From Octopus sinensis (lineage: Eukaryota), in contig NC_042999.1 of assembly GCF_006345805.1 (NCBI RefSeq), forward strand, positions 146,382,001 to 146,446,000: a DNA stretch of 64,000 nt, given 5' to 3'. The first letter of the stretch is position 1, and each line of letters opens with the position of its first letter. The notes beneath the pieces are model-generated. The model searched no databases. It saw only the letters and a program-made list of their open reading frames with translations, and had not been told where the DNA came from. This document shows positions 25,621-38,600 of this stretch, piece by piece. Made by a program: the position numbers and the translations under genes.

Positions 25621-26664
25621 TTTACATCATCATTTATGTATACTACAATACTTTAAACAGAATGTATTTGATCAAATTTCATAGTATCCCGTTTAGTGTG
25701 TGAGTTATCTAAAACTATTTCGTTACCTTTGATATTTTAAGCACGTTTTGTTTGTGCAAAGACATAGACGAGCCGTTGAGAGGAATTCTATACAATCGCT
25801 AAGAATAGAAGCGAAACTTCGATTTTGTTCCAATGTTTATTCAAATCTTATCGCCAAAATGATATCTCTTTATACACGACCAGTCATAACAAAAGGAGAC
25901 ATGGATAGAGTAGGTCTAGATACACTCTCAAATCAAAAGAGTAGAATGCCTTTGACTATAGGATTTCTTTATCAGGGATTACACACTAAAACAAAGACAA
26001 TAACTCAGGGACGAGCTCCAGTAAAGTAACATGCTCTTTGCATACTACAACAAAAAGGATGTCTATAGTGTTCTATAGTAACGAAATCTACCTCGAATTA
26101 CGTACTACTGCTATGTAAGTGGAAAAATACTGACAAATGTTGTCCCAGATGAACTACAGGATGGCTATGTATCTATCGCAGCCTTGATATGTTTACCAAA
26201 TCAAAGTCGCAATGGGGCTAAAGAATACAAGATCAGTAACAAGAACAAGTATATAAAGTATATATAAAGTACATAAAGTACACACACACGCACGCATGCA
26301 TGCACAGGCACACACATATATTGTCACCATCGGATTGAGTGGTCCCACCTTCTTGTTTTTGGTATAGAAACAATGAAGATAGCTGACTTGTAGCCGAAGG
26401 TGGGTAGTTTATTATCTTCTGTATGTTTTGTTAGCAGGTAGTGTGGGAGTATATATATGAATATATATATGCATATATATGTGTGTGTTGTTTATGCGGT
26501 TAAGTGTATTAAATACATTCGATGAATAAATTTACCGATATGTTTAATTTGAATTTGCGCAAACAAATTTGAATTTCCCCTAAGCTTTCCGTATGAAACG
26601 TACAAGAATCTAATTTAAGGTTATCAATAATGTTACAAACTTTCTTTCAATATTTTATCATTGC

Positions 26665-27043
26665 CTTGTTTTAGTCATTAGACTGCAGTCATACTGGGGC
26701 ACCGCCTTGAAGAATTTTAGGCGAAGAAATCGACCCCAGTGTTTATTTATTTTGTTTCTAAGTTTGGCACTGATTCCATCGGTAATTTCTGCCGAACCAC
26801 TAAGTTAATGGGACGTAAACACACCAATACTGGTTTTCAAGCGGTAATCATGAGAAAAACACAGAAACACACACACACATGTATATCGACGAGATCCTTT
26901 CTGTTTCCGTCGACTAAATCCGCTTCTAATGCTTTACTTGGCCTGAGGCTATAGTAGAAACACACGATCAATGTGCTACGCAGTGGGGCTGAACCTCGAA
27001 CCATGTGGTTGAGAAGCAAGCTTCTTACCGCACAGTCACACCG
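26665..27043 (-). mobile_element. tRNA-derived SINE family A copy
   Basis: Reverse-complement similarity to 47923-48367. Confidence 0.75.
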
Positions 27044-27661
27044 ACGTACAGGAGACGTTAACAAATGATTTTCAGAAAGTATACTGTAATAAAAGTCACA
27101 AGTAGCTAGTCTGAATGTTCAGAGACGGGTAAAGATTAAATTGAAACGTAATAGTTTTTAAGAATCTTTGGCTGTGATGAGATGAGAAGTAGAACATCTA
27201 GAAAATGAGGAAAATAGTGATACTCTGAGAAATATTTATCAGATAGGGCCTTCCCAAAACTCACAACACTCACCTCATCACGGTACACAAGTTAAAAATA
27301 CGAGCCAATGTAGGTGTATGTACAAGAAATAGTAGCCATATCTCTCTAAATTCACAACTTGTAGTCTTAAAAGAATGAATACGTTTAGATACAGCCAGAT
27401 CGTAATAGTTAAAATTCTTTTGTTTGTAGGCTTATTCATTAAGGATTGTACTGGGGCCAAGCAACAACATCAGAAACAGCAGCAATAAGAACGGGCCAAA
27501 GAAATAAACCCCATGTACTGTACAAACCTGCAAGAAATAGTAGTAAATCTCCCACAAAGTACAACTTGTGATTTTAAGAAAGCGAAGCGACACCTTTGAA
27601 AATATTGTAAATACTCCTGCGAGATGATCTTCGAATACAGGTCAACAACAAAGCAACGACG

Positions 27662-27703
<42 letters not shown>

Positions 27704-27714
27704 GCAGCAGCAGC

Positions 27715-27753
<39 letters not shown>

Positions 27754-28279
27754 AATAATAATAACCAGCGCATAACAGATTGCGAACTAATTTTACATCT
27801 TTTATTTCTATTTCTATGAATTTTTTCCACAAAAGTGAATGTGTTAAAATATCAATTCTCAGTGACCACACAGTCTGGCAAAAACCATAAAAAATTAATG
27901 TTGTTGGTCAATGATGTGACTACTTAATGACCAAATCCACTAACGAAGTGCTGTTTTTATATTTTCCAAAATTTCTATAAATTGAATTTATTGAGGTTAA
28001 CTCCCTATCATGTTGCTTTTAGATTTTTAAAGCGTCCCCTAAGAGAGACAGTTTCTGTTTACTAAGTGTAAAGATAATAACAATAAATCGAAGTTTTCAA
28101 CGCACAGTATTAAATATAAAGCATTATCATATTTGTACTGTGTGTACAGAAAACTCCCCTGAGCCATGACGTATTTTCCATCAGCCATATTGTTAATCCT
28201 CGCAATCAGTTTCATTACAGATCGTCTATCTCTATAAATATTTCTCACTCTTAGACTTGCCGAGTACAATAAGCTGCGC

Positions 28280-29214
28280 TGAGGAGCTCTAATAACACCA
28301 AAACATGTATGTTACTTTCACTAGTTGGATTTAAAACCAAACTTATCTCATCTTGATTTGAAGTCAAATCCATTTCGATCTGGGTTTAAAATTGAATCTA
28401 CTACCATCTACTACCGACCGACATAGTCATGTGTGGTCGTACTGCAACGTGGTATGTCTTTGTTTTGAAGTGCTTCTTCTTTGTTCGTCGACTTTTGCGA
28501 TGGCTGAAACGAAGGATCAGCATACTTTCGTGAAATTCTGATTTTTACTGGGGAAAACGACGGCCGAAACACCTGTCATACTTCAAGCTGCTTACAAGGA
28601 CGCTGCAATGAGCAAAACACAAGTTTACGAGTGGTTTTCACGCTTCAGGAAGGGTCAATTGTAGCTTGAAGACCAACTTCGTTTAGAGCAACCGTCGATC
28701 TCCTGAACGAATGAAAACGTCCCCCAAATTAATGAAATGATATTGGAAGATCATCGCCGAATAATTGACGAACTTGCTGATATGACTGCTGTGTCCTGGA
28801 GCTCCTGCCAATGAATTTTGAGTGAGGAATTGAGAATGAAAAGTGTTGAATCAAAATTTGTGCCTCGTTTACTCATAGAAAATCAAAGGCAGTCACGATT
28901 GAATGCGTATCTGGAACTGAAAAAACAGTTGGAAGTTGATTCGGATCTTCTTTCAAAGGTCATCACTAGTGACAAAAGCTGGTGCTACCCACGCAATTTG
29001 CAAATATGGAAGAGGTGAAGAAAAAATAAATGACAGAGGTATTAAAAGGCATCACTTCGCAAGAGTTTCAGAACTGCTTCGAACAGTGGAAAATGCATCT
29101 GGACCGATGCATTGCTTCAAATGGATAATATTTCGAAGGCGATAAAAGTGTAAACGTAAAAGTAAGTGAATATGATATTGTAAAAATACCAGTGTTTTTG
29201 GGTACCCTCTCGTA
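28280..29214 (+). mobile_element. Internally deleted mariner transposase relic
   Basis: HTH region (VYEWFSRFRKG), FVPRLL linker and VITSDKSWCY (first catalytic D) joined directly to the C-terminal FANMEEVK...FEQWK...CIASNG.YFEG. The right end GGTACCCTCTCG+TA is a mariner-type TIR; the left TIR is poorly preserved. Confidence 0.8.
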
Positions 29215-29944
29215 CTGTTTAAAAACTTTCAATCAACTAAGTTTAATGGAGTTATCTCCTTTGCTTGTTGTTTTCAGATTAACACCAGTAGAAATTTCTG
29301 TCTCTAAATTGCATGGAGTATATCAGTTAATATATCAGTTGATCAAAACTTTTCAGTTCTCTAAATGAGCATGTGATATTCTATCGTATTCATTGTAGCA
29401 ACGTCTTAGAAACAGAAGGAAACAAACTCAACTATTTTTCACACTTGCCATCACACGAACATTAGTCCTATCAAGTGATCACGTTTTCTTATTTCGTATC
29501 TCAATGAGAAATCGAAAGTTTCAAGATGAGCTATTGAGATCGGTTGTTGTTGTTGGAGATGGTGTTTAGCAACAGATCAGTTTAAATATGTTCCAGTTGT
29601 GACCATTCCGTCTTTTGTTTCAGGTATAGCTTTTCTATGCCGATTTTGGATAATATAAATGGCCACTTGACCAGCTGGAAATAACAATTAACTGTTGTTC
29701 AAATCACACCTGTTGTATTAAGAAATGAAGGACACATTGGACAGAAATTATTGGTTCATTGACATATTCCGAAAGGAATAGATTAAAACCAACAGTAAAA
29801 CAGGTTAATGATTGAGAAACTGCCCTCTGGATAGGACATCAGTCTACAATGTATATTGTAGGATTTGATTTCAGCACGTTAACAGGTATAGTGGCTCTGT
29901 GTTTTATTCAATAACTCTATTTAGGAATAAAAATTTTACATATA

Positions 29945-30177
29945 GAGGATTGGCCAAAAGTCACCCGACAATAAATAAAAAATCCATAAATACTATCTGC
30001 AAGTCTGTATTGACTCGAACGGGAAAATGTGTCGCTCAAGAAGGACTTCACTTTGAACTATTTTCATGATGTTTCATATTTAGATGCTTTTATTAAATTC
30101 ATTCAATTGCTAAACATAAATAAATCTTTGAACTAAATGGTTTTGATTTACTGTTAGGTGACTTTTGGCCAATCCTG
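29945..30177 (+). mobile_element. Tc1/mariner-derived MITE
   Basis: 20/21-bp TIRs (AGGATTGGCCAAAAGTCACC / GGTGACTTTTGGCCAATCCT), TA on both flanks, and a residual transposase C-terminus KCVAQEGLHFE. Confidence 0.85.
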
Positions 30178-31344
30178 TACAGGTAGATAGCACTACCAAG
30201 AGTTCGGCAGACTTGAGTGTAACTGTATGTTACCGTTGTGCGAGAAGGTGTCTCCTGATACATCTTGACTACAAAGAATTTTTCAGCATACGCTTGAAAC
30301 TATTTCGCTTCAGTTATGAAAGTGATAAACACTACAAAATCCTATCTTCTCTAAATAACAGAGAATTTGTCGATTTTTCTTTTCACAAAAAATCTTATAT
30401 ACTCTGTAGGTTTTCTTGTATGGACTAATCTCGTTTTCTTCGAATACTGTTCTGTATTAAGTTTGGTACAAAAGATTGTTTTCCCTCGATACTGATCAAT
30501 GGGAAATCATACAAAAAACTGCTGCTGATGTCCTTTGATAACATTTATGAATTTCAGTAATTCCAGACAGCTTTTATGTTTATATAATGTTAATCTCTTA
30601 TACTTTTGCATCGCAAACTAAAACTCCTTACCAATAAAGAGTTTCTGTAAGTGAAACCCTTTAACCTAAACAATCATAGTATATCCCCTTGATTATTTGT
30701 TTCCTGCATTTTTTAGTGAATAAGAGATCAACTTATGTCAAATTAGTGTTCAAATTAGATGTTTAATAATGAGAATTTAGATAATTTTGGATGGCCATAA
30801 ATGGCAAGAAATGCATTTCAGCTTAACAGAGCGTTCCTTTTTTCCCAGGAAAGACAATAGAGTTAAACAGACTTCTTTTATTGAATGTATTATATGAAAC
30901 TAAATACTTTTATTACATTACTGCATTATGATAAAATAACAAAGTTGAATTTTCCTAACAATTAGAATTAGTACTTATAACAAATTGCATTATATGTCTA
31001 TTTAACCCAAGGTGATGAACTGGAAGAATCGTTAAAGCGAAAAAGAAACAAAGAAAATGCTTAGAGTTATTTATTCTAGCCCTTTACGTTTTGAGTTCGC
31101 ATCCTACCGAGATCAGCTTTGCCTTTTATTCTTCGTGCATCGATAAAATAATGCACCAGTCAAATATTGGCTCAATGGTATCGACTAAATTAACGCTATT
31201 GGATTACTTTTGTTTTGTGTATAATTAGTATAAGCTTACTTCACTTTTGAATTAGTTTCAGCCCTGCTCGGGTGGCTGAAATTCATTGCGTAAAATATAT
31301 AAATTGCTATTACAGAGATGTGTTAGAATTTAGGAAAATTCAAT

Positions 31345-31572
31345 GCGGCGAGCTGGCAGAAACGTTAGCACGCTAGGCGAAATGCTTAGCAGTATTTCGT
31401 CTGCCGCTACGTTCTGAGTTCAAGTTCCGCCGAGGTCGACTTTGCCTTTCATCCTTTCGGGGTCGATAAATTAAGTACCAGTTACCCACTGGAGTCGATA
31501 AAATCGACTTAATCCGTTTGTCTGTCCTTTGTCCTCTCTGTGTTTAGCCCCTTGTGGGTAGTAAAGAAATAG
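31345..31572 (+). mobile_element. SINE family B copy
   Basis: GGCGAGCTGGCAGAAACGTTAGC...GAGTTCAAGTTCCGCCGAGGTCGAC. Other copies at 31742-31897 (-), 34940-35136 (-), 49950-50130 (+) and 54168-54738 (three, -). Confidence 0.8.
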
Positions 31573-31924
31573 GTATACCCGTCTCGAGAAATTTGAAGTA
31601 ACAGTCAGCTTCTCGTTATTATAAATTTAGCGCTACTTTTGCACGGATTAAATTCATCAGCAGTGTTACTTCCTGGTAAATTTGTTTTTGATTTAGCTGC
31701 AAATTTGAAAGGAAATTGTTTTGAACTTTCCTAAATTCTTTTCTTTTCTACTCTAGGCACAAAGCCCAAAATTTTGGGGGAGGGGCCCAGTCGATTAGAT
31801 CGACCCCAGTGCGCAACTGATACTTAATTTATCGATCCCGAAGGATGAAAGGCAAAGTCTACCTTGGCGTAATTTGAACTCAGAACGTAACGGCAGATTT
31901 CAAATTCCGCCGTGGTTGGCTTTG

Positions 31925-32300
31925 CCAGTTAGAATTTTCTTCAGGTTGAGTAGCCCATCCCGCTTAAAAGGTCCCTGAATAAGGATTGTTTAAGGATGTT
32001 GAATGAAACACCCATGTTTCCAAAGGTGAATTATCCAAACCCCAAAGAATTCCTCTCGATTCATGGCTATGATGCTATCCCATTACTCCTGCTCATGATC
32101 AGATGCACATATCGTCAGCCACTAAGGGACATGCACAACTGGTTAAGGTCAAACAACTGACAAGCGAATCTGTGGTATTGAGTAGAATATTTGCTATAGC
32201 CCATCTTTTATACAAAGACAAAACAATGCACATAATAACACTTCCAATCAGTTAAGATGAGATGTCATGAGAGCCACTGCCTGGTACTGCATCGGGACAG
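31925..32300 (-). mobile_element. Family D retroposon copy 4 (5' part; 3' part missing next to SINE-B sequence)
   Basis: Matches 11260-11632; abuts an (ATT/GTT)n tract. Confidence 0.85.
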
Positions 32301-32328
32301 TTATAATAATAATAATTATTATTATTAT

Positions 32329-32362
<34 letters not shown>

Positions 32363-32420
32363 GCTGTTGTTGTTGCTGTTGTTGTTATTGTTGTTATTGT
32401 TGTTATTGTTGTTGTTGTTA

Positions 32421-32482
<62 letters not shown>

Positions 32483-33222
32483 TAAAACGGTTTGATTCGG
32501 CCCCAAGCATTTTAAAGTTTCGTAGACTCCTTATATAAACATAGCTCATCGGGATCAGTCTATCGAGTCCGTCTGAGACCGACGAACTAGATTTCTGGAA
32601 GGGGCCTACATGTATTGAGTGCCTCTTTCTTTCTTGTGACCACTCGCTCGTACATATATATATATATGTGTGTGTGTGTATGTGTGTCTGTAACTGTATA
32701 CATAATTATGTGTAAGTGTGCATGTGTGTGTGTATACATACATCTGTGTGAGTGTGTGTGTGTATTTATACATGTATGATTGCATGTAGGAGTATATGTA
32801 TTTTTGAATATTTATGCATGTATATGTCTCCAGCATTAACACTTCTCGTGTCGGAGATTTTAATTTTTTTCACCGTCCAAGGAAATATTGTGAAGAAGTG
32901 AAACCAATATCGTGGATTTATTTACAATGGATCTCAGCCTGTGAGTAAGCAAACCACTCACTTTGCCTTTAGAACCACCCTCTGAGCCACATGGAGAATG
33001 ACAATATCAGGTAATATATCAAACCACTCGATTGTCTCTGTGTGTTGAGATCAACATTTCACTGAAACTTACACATGCCCATAAATATATACACAGAATG
33101 ATATAACTGTAAATTTTGACACTATGCGGTATTAATTGGTAATCTACTATTGGCGCTGTATTTTCACATAACTAACCCTGAAAGAGTATTCTAGACGTCA
33201 CCTTCTATTTGTAGGTATACAC

Positions 33223-33390
<168 letters not shown>

Positions 33391-33450
33391 GGAAACCTAC
33401 ATCCATACATAATTACATACATACATACGTATGTATGTAATTATGTATGC

Positions 33451-33508
<58 letters not shown>

Positions 33509-34939
33509 TACCTGCAATCATACACATACACTATCTGCGTGTATTATTAATTATTCATTATTTAAGTCGTTATTGACTGTATTTGATCTTTGTCGCTACC
33601 TGAGAGCAGAAAGTACAAACAAGGAAGCCGTAGTAGCGTCTCTTGCCGAAGGAAAATAGAATGAAATAATAATTAACGTCTAATTAATGACGCACTTTCA
33701 ACACCATCATCTCCCATCTACAATTATGGTTAATAAAACTTCTCTCTCTTTTATGAAACGTAATTGGGAAGAAAGTTAAATTAGTGCTTTGATAAAGTTT
33801 TGGTTTGATTTTCATTATGACTTTGAAACATAATATGAACAACAAAATCTTTGAAAAGCTTACTACCCATGTTTTGAAATAGAACTACCAACCAAGTTGA
33901 AAATAAAGTTTAAAATGTCTCAAAGAAATTAGAAATTATGCTGGTTAATAAGTATAGATCGTCACATGTACCCATTTCATCTGATTTTACTTCAGTTTGG
34001 TTCGCAGCAGTGTGAGTAGTAACACGTACTACGACCTCGTTCCAGGTAACCCCATTCTGCATCTTATGATTAGCTTTAACAGGTCGATATTCAGCCAAAG
34101 ATACTAAGATAGCCTCGTTGTGGAAACAGTCGTGGTTTTTTGCTGCTGAAATTCCTAAATATCAGAATGTTTTTTTTAATCTTCTACTTTCCGTTAAGAG
34201 CTGCCAGCTCCTATAGAAAAAAATTTCCCATTCCTCAAAAGCAAATACTGATATCATACTGAAGTCTGTAATTTTCTTTATTGCTCCCGACTGTGTACCG
34301 AAGACCTATGATGGAAACTTTATCAGACGGCATAACGAGAAAAGACTGTCTGCACTTTCACTCCGACCGCAGAGATCATAGCTCTGATATAAAACATAAA
34401 TACCCAAAAGGAAACAGTTTTTCCTTCTTTTATTCGAAACTGTAGCAGAACTTATCTTCCTTAAGAATCTCTCACAATCAGGAATATAACAATCAACATG
34501 TCTGTGATAAATAACAAACAAACAAAAACAGCTATATAGCTATATAAAAGTCGAGTAAAATCTCCTGAAATATAGATATACCACACCTAATATCGACCCC
34601 TGAAGTTCATGGCAAAGCCATCTCTTCAAAGTACACGTAAAGGAACAAAAAATAAAGTTTCACGGAAGAGCAATCAAATAGATGAGTTATTATTATTTTT
34701 CTTTTGGTTACATATAAAACAAGAAAGCTGGACCTAGCCTTCAAATCTAACGGTCTACCAACATGACGCTCGTGACCCAACGCCTCAACAATCAAAGTAT
34801 CACCTGTGAACCTTTGGGTTAGCACAAAGACAAACCAGCCAAAATAGTTTCCATACTTCTACTGAATCCTTGTACGACCAAGATAAAATCTTTACATATT
34901 TCCTCATCGTTAAAAATTAATTCGATACGGAGTATAATC

Positions 34940-35136
34940 TTTTCCACCTACTCTAAGCACAATGTCCAACATTTTTGGGGAGGGGGCCCAGTTGATTAGA
35001 TTGAACTCAGTACGCAACTGATACTTAATTTATAGATCCTGAAAGGAATAGTCGACCTCCGCGGAATTTGAACTCAGAAAGTAAAGACAGACAATATCTC
35101 ACTAAAAATTTCGGCCGGCGTGCTAACGTTTCTGCC
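34940..35136 (-). mobile_element. SINE family B copy
   Basis: Reverse-complement match to 31345-31500 and direct match to 31742-31897. Confidence 0.75.
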
Positions 35137-35266
35137 GCAGTTCACATCCGAGTATATTGACAGTTAAATTTGTGTGTGTGTGTGTATGTGTGCGTGTGAG
35201 TGTGTATGTGTGTGTGCGTGTGCATGCGTGTGTGCGTGTGTGTGTGAGTGTGGATAAATATATAAA

Positions 35267-35297
<31 letters not shown>

Positions 35298-35629
35298 GTA
35301 TATATATGTATATATATGCATATATATATATAAAGTGAAACAAAAACATTTCTCTATTTTATGTCAGATACTTTCACTGTAACAATAACAATTAGAGATA
35401 ATAATAACAATTGAATTATATGTAGTAAGTAATAATTAAAATCAAACTAAATTATAATATAATCGTAACATAACAAAAGTAAAAATAGCAATTAGTATAA
35501 AATTGCATGAATGACTTGAACTTGAATAAGTGGTTTCACATGAATGGGAATAAATTAAATTAAATCAACTGCGTACTGCTTTTTGATTCACCGTAATGTT
35601 TGTTATTATTATTACTGTTTTACTATTGT

Positions 35630-38600
35630 AAAGGTAGTGGGTAGCAAACTTCTTCACTACTTCAGGGAGTGACGACCCTGCCTGACACGAGTTCCGGGCT
35701 CAGCTGGCTCCGGCTGACACACCCGGTATGGGCCCCTATCCAGGGTTACGGAAAGGAGACAACCTTCAATGAAATCCGGAGTGGAGCCCCGAAGGCGGTC
35801 TAGTGTTCGATTCGACACTCTTCCGGCAGCTCCTGCAACCAAGCTGGTGCCAAACGTAATGCACTGCACTCCACTGGACTACATCAGCAAGGTCGAGAGA
35901 GGAAACCTGACGATTGGGCTACCCAGGACTTTCTTATCTATAGCCCAGGCCTGCGCAAAACTGGAGAGGACACTTCAGTGCTGCTGTAAAAAGCTGCAGA
36001 AACAACACGGGAGGTAACAGTTACGAGTGATAAGTCCATTCAGATTGGCGTAAAATATGGACGCTACGGGTTACCTCTGCCGGTGGGAGGGATTTCCGTG
36101 TCCTATTGGTTAGCTACTGCCCACCTCAAGCTGGGCAGCCCCCAGTTAATAAGGTGCTGACCCGCCACAAGTCGCCTGTTCCATTGGGTGCTTGGAGCTA
36201 AGAGTACGACTCGAAAAGCGGCCTGCAACCTCTGCACCAGGCAAGCAACTAAAATTCAAGAAAACACCAGTTCTGCAGTTGGCAAGCTGGAATGTCAGGA
36301 CCATGTGTCCTGGAATATCTGACGATCTTCTCAGTATTGAAGACACAAGGAAAACGGCCATCATTGACCGTGAACTAAAGAGGCTCAACATAGATATTGC
36401 TGGGCTGCAGGAGACAAGACCTCCCTCAAACGGCAGACTCAAAGAGCAGGACTTCACCTTCTTTTGGCAGGGAAGAGATCCAGAAGAACCTCGTCAACAT
36501 GGCGTTGGCTTTGCAGTGAGAAACTCACTACTCTCCTCAATAGAACCACCATCGGGAGGCACTGAACGTATCCTCTCACTGCGCCTCTCGACTTCTTCTG
36601 GCTCAGTACATCTACTCAGCATCTATGCTTCCACTCTCTACAGCTCAGAGGAGACCAAGGACCAGTTCTACAAAGATCTCAACTGTGTCCTAGAAAATAT
36701 ACCAACGACTGAAAATATCTACCTTCTAGGGGATTTTAACGCTCGCGTGGGCTCTGACCATGATTCGTGGCCCATTTGTGTTGGACACTTTGGTATTGGC
36801 AACATGAATGACAATGGTCAGAGACTACTCGAATTCTGCACATACCACAACCTGTGCATCACAAACACATTCTTTACCAACAAGCCATCCCACAAGGCAT
36901 CCTGGAGACATCCAATATCTCACCACTGGCATCAGCTGGATCTCATCATTACACGGAGATCCTTTCTGAATTCTACTCTATTGACCCGCAGTTACCACAG
37001 TGCGGATTGTGACACAGACCACTCACTAATTAGAAGCAGGGTGAGGATTCTCCTTAAAAAAGTCCATCGCTCCAAGAAAGTGGGCCGACCACGCATCAAC
37101 ACCGCCAGAACCTCGGACCCTACACTGCGAAAATGTTTTGCTGCTTCTATCAAGGTTGCCCTCAGTAGCTGCCCAACCTCCTCTGCTGAAAGTAGGTGGG
37201 ACTATATCAGGGAAGCCTTGTATACGACATCATTGGATACTTTCGGCATGAGAGAAAGGCAAAACCCAGATTGGTTCAATGCTGGGCTCTCAGAGCTGGA
37301 GCCAGTTATCGAAGCAAAGCGTGCAGCTCTGGTGCAATACAAGAGTGACTCTTCTACAAAGTCACTCGAAGAACTCAGAAAGGCACGAAATAAAACCCAA
37401 CTGACAGCCAGACGCTGTGCAAATAGGTATTGGCAGGAAATCTGTCAGAGTATCCAGTCAGCTGCTGACAGGGGCGACACCCGTGGGATGTATGCCGGTT
37501 TGAAGAAGGCCCTCGGTCCATCCGCAACCAAGTCAGCCCCTCTGAAATCAACTACTGGAGATCTCATCAGGGATCAAGGCAAGCAAATGGATAGATGGTT
37601 GGAGCACTACCAGGATCTCTACTCACGGGAGACCACAGTGGCTGAGGCTGCAGTCGAGAGTGTCAAGATCTTGCCAGTCATGTGCGAACTTGACAGTCCG
37701 CCATCTATAGCAGAGCTCACCAAGGCTGTTGACTCCCTAGCAAGAAATAAGGCTCCGGCAAAAGACGGCATCCCCTCAGAGATCATCAAAGCCGGCAAAA
37801 ACACCATCCTGCTTCGGCACCTTCATGAGCTTCTGTGTCAGTGCTGGGAAGAGGGTACAGTCCCTCAGGATATGCGGGATGCCAACATCATTACGCTCTA
37901 CAAAAACAAAGGTGACCGTGGTGATTGTAACAATTACCGTGGTATATCCCTTCTAAGCACTGTTGGAAAGACTTTTGCCCGCGTTATCCTGGCCAGGCTA
38001 CAACTACTTGCTTCTCGAATCTATCCGGAATCGCAGTGTGGCTTTAGAAGAAGCAGATCAAATATCGATATGATATTCTCCATACGCCAACTTCAGGAGA
38101 AGTCCAGAGAGCAGAAAATGCCATTATATATGGCCTTCATTGATCTAACAAAGGCTTTTGACTCGGTAAGCAGAACAGGCCTCTTCCTCCTGCTCCAAAA
38201 AATCGGATGTCCACCAAAGCTGCTGAGGATCATCAAGTTTTTCCATGGTGACATGCAAGGCACCATACAGCACAACGGTTCAACATCAGCCGCCTTCCAA
38301 ATAAAAAACGGGGTAAAGCAAGGCTGTGTCCTCGCTCCTACATTGTTTGGCATCTTCTTCTCACTCTTACTGTCACATGCCTTTCAGACATCAGATGATG
38401 GAGTGTTTCTGCACAGTAGAAGTGACGGGAAACTGTTCAATCTCTCGCGCCTGCGTGCCAAGACCAAAATCAGAAACGTCCTGATCAAGGAGATGTTATT
38501 TGCTGATGATGCCGCTCTGGTAACACACACAGAAGAAGCCCTCCAAAGGCTCATTAACTGTTTTGAGCAAGCATGTAACGACTTTGGCTTAGCTATCAGC

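Noticed and set aside
33910-34521. Minus-strand ORFs tested as upstream mGluR exons
   Set aside because: No mGluR motifs; EYRP...TWNEVV looks more like a decayed LINE C-terminus.
35630-35900. HDV-like ribozyme at the RTE 5' end
   Set aside because: I could not assign P1/P1.1/P3/L3/J4-2 by eye, so it is kept only as a test to run, not as a feature.
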